Assembly: GCA_964229475.1 (NCBI GenBank)
Contig: CAXRFJ010000605.1
Coordinates: 1-46,140 of the forward strand
Reading direction: 5' to 3'
DNA: 46,140 nucleotides
From: Rubrivirga sp.
GTDB taxonomy: Bacteria > Bacteroidota > Rhodothermia > Rhodothermales > Rubricoccaceae
Shown here: one piece after another, positions 19,683-28,575 of the stretch
How the letters are laid out: each line of letters opens with the position of its first letter
How positions within the stretch are numbered: position 1 is the first letter of the stretch
Translations under genes and position numbers: made by a program
Notes under the pieces: generated by a model
What the model saw: the letters and a program-made list of their open reading frames with translations, nothing else
Database searches by the model: none
Told to the model about the DNA's origin: nothing

Positions 19683-21321
19683 GCGCCGCCTCGACCACGA
19701 CGCCCGCCCACGGCCCGAGGCGGACCGACTCACCGACGGCCGCCCCCTCCACGTCCCGGCCGTGCGTCGCCAGCGCGACGGGCCCGCCGCGGAACGTCGC
19801 GGGCACCGCGACCTCGGCCTCCCCGCCGCCGACGTGGAGGACCACGAGCGCCCGGTCGTCGCCGGCGATTCGCTCGAAGGCGAACACGTCGGCGGGCACG
19901 CTGTCGAGCGGGCGGTAGTCGCCGGCCTGGAGCGCGGCCGAGGCGGCGCGGACGGCAAGGGCGCGGCGGTAGAAGGCCAGGACCGAGTCGGGGTCGGCCG
20001 CCTCGGTGGCCACGTTGACCGTCGCGTGGCGCGCGTGGAGCGGGAGCCAGTAGGCGGCCGGGTCGGCGCCGTCGGAGAAGCCGGCGCCCTCGGACGCGTC
20101 CCAGGCCATCGGCGTGCGGCAGCCGTCGCGGCTCAGCTCCGGCACCCCGCTGCGGAACCCCCACGGGTCTTTCCGCTGGGCGAGCGGGACGTCGACCTCC
20201 TCGACGCCGAGCTCGTCGCCGTAGTAGAGCGTCGGCGCGCCGCGGAGCGTGAGGAGGAGCATCCCCGCGAGGCGGACCGACTCGGCCCCGAGCCGCGTCG
20301 CGAGGCGCCGCTCGTCGTGGTTGCCGAGGACGGAGTTCGGCCACGCGCCGTCCGGCAGCACGGCCTCGATCGCGTCGACGTGGGCGCGGACGCCGGCGGC
20401 CGTCCACGGCGTATTGAGCAGGCCGAAGTTGAACGGCATGTGGAGCCCGCTGAGCCCGCCCGCCTCGGTCGGCGTGCCGTAGTAGCTGGCCCAGCGCCCC
20501 AGGTCGTCGTACTCGTGGATCTCGCCGATCGTCACGCGCTCCTGCCCGTCGAACCCGTCGACCGTCCGGCGGAACCGCGCGAACGCGTCGTGGACGTCCG
20601 GGTGCGCCTTGTCGTGGACGTGGACGAGCGTGTCGTACGCGCCCATCGGCTTGTGGAACGTGCCGCCCTCTGCGATCGGGTTGTCGCGGAGCTCCGGGTC
20701 TTTCAGGATCGCGTGCGCCACGTCGATCCGGAAGCCGTCGACGCCGCGGGCCATCCAGAAGCGGAGCGTGTCCATCATCTCGTCGACGACGGCCGGGTTG
20801 CGCCAGTTGAGGTCGGGCTGCTCTCTCAGGAAGCTGTGGAGGTAGTACTGGCCCGTCACCTCGTCGAGCGTCCACGCCGGCCCGCCGAAGTGGCTCAGCC
20901 AGTTGTTCGGCGGCGAGCCATCGGGCTTGGGGTCGCGCCAGACGTACCAGTCGCGCTTGTCCGAGTCGCGCGACCGCCGGCTCTCCTCGAACCACGGGTG
21001 CCGGTCGGACGAGTGGTTCGGGACGAAGTCGACGATCAGCTTGAGCCCGAGCGCGTGGGCGCGCGCCGCCAGCCGGTCGAAGTCGTCCAGCGTTCCGTAC
21101 TGCGGGTCCACGCCGCGGTAGTCCGAGACGTCGTACCCGAAGTCGGCCTGGGGCGAGGGGTAGAACGGGCTGAGCCAGACCGCGCCCACGCCGAGGTCGG
21201 CCAGGTAGCCCAGCTTCTCGGTGATCCCGGCGAGGTCGCCGACCCCGTCGCCGTTCGCGTCGCGGAAGGAGCGGGGGTAGATCTGGTAGACGACGGCGGT
21301 CTGCCACCACGGGCGGTCCAT
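19666..21321 (-). CDS. GH13 alpha-glucosidase / oligo-1,6-glucosidase-like enzyme (cytoplasmic)
   Basis: MDRPWWQTAVVYQIYPRSF, DFVPNHSS, QPDLNW; catalytic GFRIDVA, GEIH and LGNHD motifs. Confidence 0.93.
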   Translation of the reverse strand: MDRPWWQTAVVYQIYPRSFRDANGDGVGDLAGITEKLGYLADLGVGAVWLSPFYPSPQADFGYDVSDYRGVDPQYGTLDDFDRLAARAHALGLKLIVDFVPNHSSDRHPWFEESRRSRDSDKRDWYVWRDPKPDGSPPNNWLSHFGGPAWTLDEVTGQYYLHSFLREQPDLNWRNPAVVDEMMDTLRFWMARGVDGFRIDVAHAILKDPELRDNPIAEGGTFHKPMGAYDTLVHVHDKAHPDVHDAFARFRRTVDGFDGQERVTIGEIHEYDDLGRWASYYGTPTEAGGLSGLHMPFNFGLLNTPWTAAGVRAHVDAIEAVLPDGAWPNSVLGNHDERRLATRLGAESVRLAGMLLLTLRGAPTLYYGDELGVEEVDVPLAQRKDPWGFRSGVPELSRDGCRTPMAWDASEGAGFSDGADPAAYWLPLHARHATVNVATEAADPDSVLAFYRRALAVRAASAALQAGDYRPLDSVPADVFAFERIAGDDRALVVLHVGGGEAEVAVPATFRGGPVALATHGRDVEGAAVGESVRLGPWAGVVVEAAPRAGR

Positions 21322-21439
21322 AGCGGAGGGGCGAGGGGAGAGCGGAAGATGAGGCCACGCCCCTGACCGGGCCCCGCGGGCCCCGGCCACGCCGGCCTCG
21401 GCACCGAGGCGGAGGCGGCCGCCCGACGGCGACCGCCGC

Positions 21440-21988
21440 TCAGTCCAGCAGCCCGCGGACGCCGCGGCGGACGAGGTCGACGGTCACGCCGTAGACGACG
21501 TGCGAGCCGAGCTCCCAGACCCACCACGCCGCCGGGAGGTCGTCGACGTCGGCCTGGAGGCCGAGGGCGGGGAGCGTCGACCCGTGCGTGCCGGCGAACA
21601 GGGCGACCGCCGCCGGGATGCCGAACCCGGCCTCGGCGTCGGTGAACTCGGCGGCGACGCCGTAGGCCACGCCCGCGCTCGTCCCGAACGCCCAGTGGAT
21701 GGCGTCCTGGGCCTCCAGCTTCTCGTCGCGGCTCAGCGTCACGCCGACCTCGTCGGTCACCTCCGGCGCCAGCTTCGAGGGCGGCATCCGGTCGGGGTGG
21801 CCCTGCACGTCGGCGCCGGGCCGCTCCTTCTCGGCGTGGGAGGGCGGGAAGAGCGTCTCGCCGAGGTCCTGGAGGATCGGCTCGACCTGGCTCTTGATGA
21901 ACGTGCCGACGAGGCCGCCGGCCAGCCCGGCGACGGCGCCCTTCCAGATCGACGGCTGCGGACGGGCGAAGGGGTTCGAGAACGACAT
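21440..21988 (-). CDS. DUF1440 (YagU-like) membrane protein
   Basis: C-terminal part of shadow ORF 21440..26278, from MSFSNPF. GAVAGLAGGLVG, HWAFGTSAGVAYG, LPALGL, ELGSHVVYGVTVDLVRR. Confidence 0.8.
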   Translation of the reverse strand: MSFSNPFARPQPSIWKGAVAGLAGGLVGTFIKSQVEPILQDLGETLFPPSHAEKERPGADVQGHPDRMPPSKLAPEVTDEVGVTLSRDEKLEAQDAIHWAFGTSAGVAYGVAAEFTDAEAGFGIPAAVALFAGTHGSTLPALGLQADVDDLPAAWWVWELGSHVVYGVTVDLVRRGVRGLLD

Positions 21989-22120
21989 GGGAGTGGCGGA
22001 AGAGAGGGGACCGCTCCAACCGACGCCCTGCCGCCGTGTTCGTCGGGGCGGCCCGCCTCGGGCCATCCCCGAGGATCCCCGACGCGCGGCGCTCGTGCCC
22101 CTCTCCCCTCCCCCGCCCCG

Positions 22121-23086
22121 ATGCCCACGCTCCTCGTCTGCCTCCCCGACCGCGAGCTCGCCGACCTCGACCGCGTCCGCCAGCTGGCCCCCGAGTTCGA
22201 CGTCGTCCGCACGCGCACCAAGGACGACGTCCGCCCCCACCTCGACGACGTGACGGTCGCGCTCGGCTACTTCCCCCCCGCCCTCGTCGCCGAGGCCCCG
22301 AACCTGGCGTGGATCCAGTCGTGGAGCGCGGGGGTCGACTGGTTGCTCGACCACGAGGCGTTCGACGCGTCCGCCCACCCGGGCCTCGCGGTGACGAGCG
22401 CGTCGGGCGTCCACGCCGTGCCGATCGGGGAGCACGTCTTCTCGTTCCTGCTCGCCTTCGCGCGGCAGCTCCCGACGGCGCTCCGCGACCAGCGCGACCG
22501 CCGGTGGGGCGGCAGCGACGCCTTCGACGGCGTGTTCGAGTGGGCCGGCAAGCGGCTCGTGATGATCGGCGCCGGCGCCATCGGCGAGCGCGTGATCCGG
22601 CTGGCCGGCGCGTTCGGGATGAGCGCCGTGGCCGTCCGCCAGAGCGGGCGCGAGACGCCGGGCGCCCTCCGCACGGTCACCCCGGACGCCATGGCCGGCG
22701 AGCTCGCCGAGGCGGACGCGGTCGTCGCCGCGCTCCCCGCCACCGACGCGACCTACCGGATGCTCGACGCCGACGTGTTCGGCGCCATGAAGCGCGGGGC
22801 CGTGTTCGTCAACGTCGGCCGTGGCGAGACGGTGGACCAGCACGACCTCGTCGAGGCGCTCCGCTCCGGGCGGGTCGGCGCGGCCGGGCTCGACGTGTTC
22901 GAGGACGAGCCGCTCCCCGCGTCGTCGCCGCTGTGGGGCCTGGACAACGTGATCGTCACGCCGCACGTGGCCGGCGACACGCCGCACTACGCCGAGCGCG
23001 CGCTGGGGCTCTTCGCGGACAACCTCGAGCGGTGGCGGGGCGGCGGCGACCTCCGCAACCGCGTCGACCTCGACGCCGGCTACTGA
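22121..23086 (+). CDS. D-isomer-specific 2-hydroxyacid dehydrogenase (NAD-binding)
   Basis: From MPTLLVCL. WIQSWSAGVD, IGAGAIG, FVNVGRG, AGLDVFEDEPLP, VTPHVAG. Confidence 0.92.
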   Translation: MPTLLVCLPDRELADLDRVRQLAPEFDVVRTRTKDDVRPHLDDVTVALGYFPPALVAEAPNLAWIQSWSAGVDWLLDHEAFDASAHPGLAVTSASGVHAVPIGEHVFSFLLAFARQLPTALRDQRDRRWGGSDAFDGVFEWAGKRLVMIGAGAIGERVIRLAGAFGMSAVAVRQSGRETPGALRTVTPDAMAGELAEADAVVAALPATDATYRMLDADVFGAMKRGAVFVNVGRGETVDQHDLVEALRSGRVGAAGLDVFEDEPLPASSPLWGLDNVIVTPHVAGDTPHYAERALGLFADNLERWRGGGDLRNRVDLDAGY

Positions 23087-23203
23087 CCGGCCCGGCCTCG
23101 GCGATCCGCCCGACGCGGGCGATGTCAGGCGAGACCCGAGCCTGCGGCCGGAGCACGGCGCGGCCGGCACGTGTACCCTGTCGGTCCCTTCACGCGCCCT
23201 TCG

Positions 23204-26200
23204 ATGGAGCTCCAACGCCCCGGCCCGCAGTCGCACAACGCCGCCGCCCCCGGCGCCACCCGCGCCCCGGTCCCGCTGACGGTCGACGGGCGGGCGGTCG
23301 AGGGCCGCGACGGCGAGTGGCTGGCGACGCTCCTCGACCGGCTCGACGAGGCCGACGGCCAGAAGACGGCGACCGAGGGCGGCCCCGGCGGCCACTCCGT
23401 CCCCCACGTCTGCTTCCAGCCGGAGCTGGGCCCGATCCAGGCCTGCGACACGTGCGTCGTCGAGGTAGGCGGGCAGCGCGTCCGGGCCTGCGCGACGCCC
23501 GTCCGCGCCGGGCTCGTGGTCGAGACGCGGACCGAGGCGGCGGCGGCCGCCCGCGAGGAGGCCATGCACCGGATCCTCGGCCACCACAACCTCTACTGCA
23601 CCGTCTGCGACCGGAACAACGGCGACTGCCCGGTCCACAACGCGACGAAGCACGTCGCCGTCGAGCACCAGCGGTACCCGTTCGAGCGGAAGCCCTACGA
23701 CGTCGACGCGAGCCACCCGTTCTACCAGTACGACCCCGACCAGTGCATCCTGTGCGGCAAGTGCGTCGAGGCCTGCCAGGAGGTCCAGGTCACGGAGACG
23801 CTCTCGATCGACTGGGAGGCCGACGTGCCGCGCGTCAAGTGGGACGCCCGGCCCGACGGGACGAGCGCGCCGGCCGGCGAGAGCTCGTGCGTGAGTTGCG
23901 GGCAATGCGTGACCGTCTGCCCCTGCAACGCGCTCATGGAGAAGTCCATGATCGGCCAGGCCGGCCACTTCACGAACCTCCGGAGCGACGTCTTCTACCC
24001 GTCGGTGGACGTGGTCAAGGCCGTCGAGCCCTACGTCGGCAACTCGCCGATCTTCGCGCTGAGCGACGCCGAGGCCAAGATGCGCGAGGCGTCGGTGGAG
24101 CGGACGAAGACCGTCTGCACCTACTGCGGCGTCGGCTGCTCGTTCGACGTCTGGACGCGCGAGCGGCGGATCCTCAAGGTCGAGCCGACGGGCGAGGGGC
24201 CGGCCAACGGCATCTCGACGTGCGTGAAGGGAAAGTTCGGGTGGGACTTCGTCAACAGCCCCGAGCGGCTCCGCCAGCCGCTCGTCCGCGTGCCGGACGG
24301 GCGCGGCGGCGAGACGTTCGAGCCGGCGTCGTGGGACGCGGCGCTGGAGACGGTCGCCACGCGGATGCGGGCGATCGCCGACGCGCACGGGCCGCAGTCG
24401 GTCGCGTTCATCGCCTCGTCCAAGGCGACGAACGAGGAGAGCTACCTCGTCCAGAAGCTGGCCCGCGCCGTCTTCGGCACGAACAGCGTCGACAACTGCA
24501 GCCGCTACTGCCAGGCGCCGGCCACGATGGGCCTGTGGCGGACCGTCGGCTACGGCGGCGACGCCGGGACCCTCGACGACATCCGCAACGCCGACCTCGT
24601 GCTGATGGTCGGGACCAACACGGACCAGAGCCACCCCGTGCTGGCAGCTCACCTCCGCGCCGCCCAGAAGAAGCGCGGGCAGACGCACGTCGTGGCCGAC
24701 CTCCGCCGGCACACGACGGCCCAGCGCGCCGACGTCTTCCTCCGGCCGAACCCCGGGACGGACCTCATCTGGCTGAGCGCGGTCACGAAGCACATCCTCG
24801 ACCAGGGCTGGGAGGACCGCGCTTTTTTGGATCGCTGGGTCAACCACGAGGCGAGCTACCGCCAGTCGCTCGCGCCGTTCACCCTTGAGGTCGCCGAGGA
24901 GCAGACCGGCATCCCGCGCGACCAGCTCGTCGAGACGGCCCGCCTCGTCGCCGAGGCGGAGACGGTCTGCGGCCTCTGGGCGATGGGCGTGACGCAGCAC
25001 CAGATGGGCTCGGACACGAGCACGGCCATCTCCAACCTCCTCCTCGTCACCGGCAACTTCGGCAAGCCGGGCACCGGCGGCTACCCGCTCCGCGGCCACA
25101 ACAACGTCCAGGGCTGCTCGGACTTCGGCTCGATCAACACCTTCTTCCCCGGCTACCAGAAGGTCGAGGACGACGCGGCCCGCCAGCGCTACGAAGACGC
25201 GTGGGGCGTCACGCTCTCGACCGAGAAAGGGCTCAACAACCGCGAGATGATCGAGGCGATCCACGACGGGTCGCTGAAGGCGCTCTTCCTGGTGGGCGAG
25301 GAGATCGCGCTCGTCGACGCCAACGCGCACTACGTGCAGGACGCGCTCGCGAAGCTCGACTTCTTCTGCGTCCAGGAGATCTTCTTCTCGAAGTCGGCCG
25401 AGTTCGCGGACGTGGTGCTGGCGGCGAGCCCGAGCCTCGAGAAGGACGGGACGTTCACCAACACCGAGCGCCGGATCCAGCGGCTCTACAAGGCCCTCGA
25501 CCCGCTCGGCGACAGCCGCCCCGACTGGGAGATCCTGACCGACCTCGCCGCCCGCCTCGGCCACGACTGGGGGTATGCGCACCCGTCGGAGATCATGGAC
25601 GAGATCGCCGCGACGACCCCGATGTTCGCCGGCGTGACGGACGCCCGGCTCGCCGGCTACCAGTCGCTCTGCTGGCCCGTCGCCGCCGACGGCACCGACA
25701 CGCCGCTCCTCTACACGGAGGCGTTCCACCTGCCCGAGGGCAAGGCGCGGCTGTATCCGCTGGAGTGGACCGAGCCGAGCGACCAGCCCGACGACGAGTA
25801 CGACCTCCACCTCAACACGGGCCGCAACCTCGAGCACTTCCACGTCGGCAACCAGACGCACAAGTCGGCCGGGCTCAACTCGATCATCCCGGACACCTAC
25901 GTCGAGGTGAGCCACGCGCTCGCCGAGGCGCGCGGGGTGGCGACCGGCGACTGGGTCCGCCTCGTGTCGCGGCGGGGCGCGGTTCGGGCGCAGGTGCTCG
26001 TGAGCGACCAGGTCCGCGACGGCGAGTTGTTCATGCCGCTGTCGTCGGCCCGCCACGCGGTCAACTACCTGACGTCGAACGTCGTCGACCCCGCCAGCGA
26101 CACGCCGGCCTACAAGGAGCTGGCGGTCAAGATGGAGGTCCTCGACGGCGCCCCCGAGCGCCGCCGCCGGCCGGTCAAGCCCGGCTTCCACCGCTACGGC

Positions 26201-26302
26201 TCGCCGACGCCCCAGAACGGCGTCGAGGTCGAGCGGAAGTGGGCCCGCCCCGACTACGCGCTCCCCGTCCTCCCGCACCCGCCCGTCGGCTACGGCCGCT
26301 GA
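23204..26302 (+). CDS. fdhF: Molybdopterin formate dehydrogenase alpha subunit, YjgC/YrhE (ForC)-type
   Basis: 2Fe-2S (HVC...CDTC...AC), HNLYCTVC...C, two 4Fe-4S (CILCGKCVEAC, CVSCGQCVTVCP), CTYCGVGC; active site DNCSRYCQAPA; PLRGHNNVQG; C-terminal TPAYKE. Confidence 0.92.
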   Translation: MELQRPGPQSHNAAAPGATRAPVPLTVDGRAVEGRDGEWLATLLDRLDEADGQKTATEGGPGGHSVPHVCFQPELGPIQACDTCVVEVGGQRVRACATPVRAGLVVETRTEAAAAAREEAMHRILGHHNLYCTVCDRNNGDCPVHNATKHVAVEHQRYPFERKPYDVDASHPFYQYDPDQCILCGKCVEACQEVQVTETLSIDWEADVPRVKWDARPDGTSAPAGESSCVSCGQCVTVCPCNALMEKSMIGQAGHFTNLRSDVFYPSVDVVKAVEPYVGNSPIFALSDAEAKMREASVERTKTVCTYCGVGCSFDVWTRERRILKVEPTGEGPANGISTCVKGKFGWDFVNSPERLRQPLVRVPDGRGGETFEPASWDAALETVATRMRAIADAHGPQSVAFIASSKATNEESYLVQKLARAVFGTNSVDNCSRYCQAPATMGLWRTVGYGGDAGTLDDIRNADLVLMVGTNTDQSHPVLAAHLRAAQKKRGQTHVVADLRRHTTAQRADVFLRPNPGTDLIWLSAVTKHILDQGWEDRAFLDRWVNHEASYRQSLAPFTLEVAEEQTGIPRDQLVETARLVAEAETVCGLWAMGVTQHQMGSDTSTAISNLLLVTGNFGKPGTGGYPLRGHNNVQGCSDFGSINTFFPGYQKVEDDAARQRYEDAWGVTLSTEKGLNNREMIEAIHDGSLKALFLVGEEIALVDANAHYVQDALAKLDFFCVQEIFFSKSAEFADVVLAASPSLEKDGTFTNTERRIQRLYKALDPLGDSRPDWEILTDLAARLGHDWGYAHPSEIMDEIAATTPMFAGVTDARLAGYQSLCWPVAADGTDTPLLYTEAFHLPEGKARLYPLEWTEPSDQPDDEYDLHLNTGRNLEHFHVGNQTHKSAGLNSIIPDTYVEVSHALAEARGVATGDWVRLVSRRGAVRAQVLVSDQVRDGELFMPLSSARHAVNYLTSNVVDPASDTPAYKELAVKMEVLDGAPERRRRPVKPGFHRYGSPTPQNGVEVERKWARPDYALPVLPHPPVGYGR

Positions 26303-26314
26303 CGCGGCCTCCGC

Positions 26315-26393
26315 GAGTTCAGCGTTCGGGGTTCAGCGTTCTTCGCCCCGGGACGAGCGAACTCCGAACCCCGAACTCCCAACTCCGAACTCC
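26315..26393. repeat. Inverted arrays of heptamer tandem repeats
   Basis: GAGTTCA GCGTTCG GGGTTCA GCGTTCT (26315-26342) facing GAACTCC GAACCCC GAACTCC CAACTCC GAACTCC (26359-26393). Confidence 0.8.
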
Positions 26394-26395
26394 CC

Positions 26396-26887
26396 GTGGC
26401 CCAGCCCATCGCCTACGCGCCGCCGCCGGCCCCGCCCGGCCAGGACGCCTTCACCGCCGAGGACGACCTCCGGCGGCTGCTCGACACGCTCCACGAGTCG
26501 GGCACGCTCCGCGTGCTGAACGGGCTGCTGGCCGAGTTCCAGAGCGTGATGGCGGTGGTGCTGGCCGGCCTCAACTCGGACGAGGGCCGGGCCGGGCTGG
26601 CCAACCTCCTCACGCTCGCGACGCTGCTCGGGAAACTCGACGCCGACGGCCTCGACCGGTTCGTGACCGCGCTCGACCGCGCCCTCGACGCGGCCGGCGA
26701 GCGGATCGACCAGACCGACGACGCGCCCGGCTCGCTGTCGGTCCTCGCCAAGCTCCGCGACCCCGACGTGCGGCGCGGGCTCGACGCGACGCTCACGCTC
26801 GTCGGGACGCTGGGGAAGCAGCTCCACGACCCGCAGCCGCCGGTCCACTCGAACAGGGACGGGCGCGACGGCGCCCAGCCCGAATGA
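26396..26887 (+). CDS. DUF1641 helical protein (YjgD/ForE-like FDH partner)
   Basis: LHESGTLRVLNGLL, NLLTLATLLGKLD, C-terminal LSVLAKLRDPDVRRGL; follows the ForC-type gene as in Bacillus. Confidence 0.85.
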   Translation: MAQPIAYAPPPAPPGQDAFTAEDDLRRLLDTLHESGTLRVLNGLLAEFQSVMAVVLAGLNSDEGRAGLANLLTLATLLGKLDADGLDRFVTALDRALDAAGERIDQTDDAPGSLSVLAKLRDPDVRRGLDATLTLVGTLGKQLHDPQPPVHSNRDGRDGAQPE

Positions 26888-27771
26888 CCGCGCCCACCCT
26901 GGAGCCGGGGGCAGAGGCCGCCCGCGCCGCGAGCGCCGTCCGCGAGGTGCCGGTCGTCCGCGTGCGGGGCGACGACGCCGAGCCCGCCCGTGACCGGCTG
27001 GCCGCCGAGGAGCCGCTCGAGATCCGCCTCCGCTTCGGCGGCGGGCGCGACGCGCGCGTCCAGCGGCTGGCGGTCACGATGCGGACGCCGGGCGACGACG
27101 TGGCGCTCGCCCTCGGGTTCTTGCACGGCGAGGGCGTCATCCGCTCACCCGACGACGTGCTCGACGTGGGCCACACGCCGGTCCAGGGCGGACGGCGCGA
27201 CCCGAACGTCGTAGTCGTCACGCTCGCCGACGGCGCCCGTGTCGACGCCCGGCGACTGGAGCGGCACGTCTACACGACGTCGAGCTGCGGCGTCTGCGGG
27301 AAGGCGTCGCTGGAGGCCATCGCCACGGTCGACCCACCGACGCTGCCCGCGGGCCCGTCGCTTCTCCCGGCGACCGTCCACGCCCTGCCCGACGCGCTCC
27401 GCCAATCGCAGGACGTGTTCGAGCAGACGGGCGGGCTCCACGCCGCCGCGCTCTTCACCGAGGCGGGCGGCCTCGTCCGCGTGCGCGAGGACGTCGGGCG
27501 CCACAACGCCGTCGACAAGCTGGTCGGCTCGTTCCTCGAATCCGGCGCAGCGGTGCCGGCCGCGCACGGCGTCCTGGTCAGCGGGCGGGCGTCGTTCGAG
27601 CTCGTCCAGAAGGCGCTGATGGCCGGCGTCCCCGTGCTCGCGGCGGTCGGCGCGCCCTCGTCGCTGGCCGTCGACCTCGCCGAGGCCCACGGGATGACCC
27701 TGCTCGGGTTCGTCCGCGACGGACGCTTCAACGTCTACGCCGGCGCCGCGCGGATCGCGGAGCCGGCCTGA
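26884..27771 (+). CDS. fdhD: Formate dehydrogenase accessory sulfurtransferase
   Basis: EEPLEI, TMRTPGDD, SSCGVCGK, TGGLHAA, REDVGRHNAVDK, SGRASFELVQK; ATGA overlap with the DUF1641 stop. Confidence 0.95.
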   Translation: MTAPTLEPGAEAARAASAVREVPVVRVRGDDAEPARDRLAAEEPLEIRLRFGGGRDARVQRLAVTMRTPGDDVALALGFLHGEGVIRSPDDVLDVGHTPVQGGRRDPNVVVVTLADGARVDARRLERHVYTTSSCGVCGKASLEAIATVDPPTLPAGPSLLPATVHALPDALRQSQDVFEQTGGLHAAALFTEAGGLVRVREDVGRHNAVDKLVGSFLESGAAVPAAHGVLVSGRASFELVQKALMAGVPVLAAVGAPSSLAVDLAEAHGMTLLGFVRDGRFNVYAGAARIAEPA

Positions 27772-27802
27772 CCCGCGCGCCCCGACGCCGAGGCGGGGCG
27801 AC

Positions 27803-28420
27803 CTACGCCTCCTCGACGACCTCGTCGAAATCGAGCCGCGGGAGACGCTCCCGCCACGCGCCCTCTCCGGGTCGGCCGATGTTGACGACGAGAAACGAGC
27901 GCCACGGGCGGTCGGCGAAAAACTCGACGTCGACGCCGTCCGCGTCGAACCCGCCCATCGGGCCCGCCGCCAGCCCGGCCGCGCGGACGCCGACGATGAA
28001 GTAGCCGGCCTGGAGCCACGCGTTGTCGCGCGCGGCCTGGTGCCGCGCCGGGGCCTTCTCGTCGCCGTCGAACCAGCCCTTCGCCTGCGGCGCGTGCGGA
28101 AAGACGCGCGGGAGCTGCGCGTGGAAGTCGGCGTCGTAGGCGAGGACGGCGACGAGCGGAGCGCCGGCCGTTTTGGCGACGTTCCCCCCGCTCATGTGGG
28201 GGAGCAGCCGCGCCTTCGCCTCGTCGGAGCGGACGAGCAGGACGCGGAGCGGCTGGCCGTTGAGGGCCGTCGGGCCCCACTTGGCGAGGTCGTAGATGGC
28301 GCGGATCTGCGCGTCGGAGACGGGCTCGTCGGTGAACGTGTTGGCCGTGCGGGCCTCGCGGAAGAGGAGGTCCTGGGCGTCGTCCGTGAGGGCGAGCGGC
28401 GGGTCGAGGGTGGGCAACAT
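27803..28420 (-). CDS. rutE: Nitroreductase family, malonic semialdehyde reductase (RutE/YcdI-like)
   Basis: LLFREARTANTF, AKWGPTALNGQPLR, LQAGYFI...AAGLAAGPMGGFD, RLPRLDFDE. Confidence 0.88.
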   Translation of the reverse strand: MLPTLDPPLALTDDAQDLLFREARTANTFTDEPVSDAQIRAIYDLAKWGPTALNGQPLRVLLVRSDEAKARLLPHMSGGNVAKTAGAPLVAVLAYDADFHAQLPRVFPHAPQAKGWFDGDEKAPARHQAARDNAWLQAGYFIVGVRAAGLAAGPMGGFDADGVDVEFFADRPWRSFLVVNIGRPGEGAWRERLPRLDFDEVVEEA

Positions 28421-28425
28421 CAGGG

Positions 28426-28478
28426 TCCTTGTTGGAACAAGGAACCAACGCCCTACCCAATCCCTTGTTGCAACAAGG
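28426..28478. promoter_or_regulatory. Two palindromic repressor sites upstream of rutE
   Basis: TCCTTGTT-GG-AACAAGGA (28426-28443) and perfect CCTTGTTGCAACAAGG (28463-28478). Confidence 0.8.
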
Positions 28479-28575
28479 ACCGTCGAAGCCGTCCGCCTCG
28501 GTCGCGCCGCCGCCGAGGTCGGCCGGCCCGCGCTCGCGCCCGGCGTAGACTGCGCGGCCCCGCCCCGCCCCCCTC

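Noticed and set aside
24491-24514. Selenocysteine or recoding in the FDH active site
   Set aside because: The ligand codon is TGC (Cys) and the frame is uninterrupted.
21989-26278. 1612-aa minus-strand ORF 21440..26278
   Set aside because: Only the last 182 codons (DUF1440) look real; the rest is antisense to the dehydrogenase and FDH genes.
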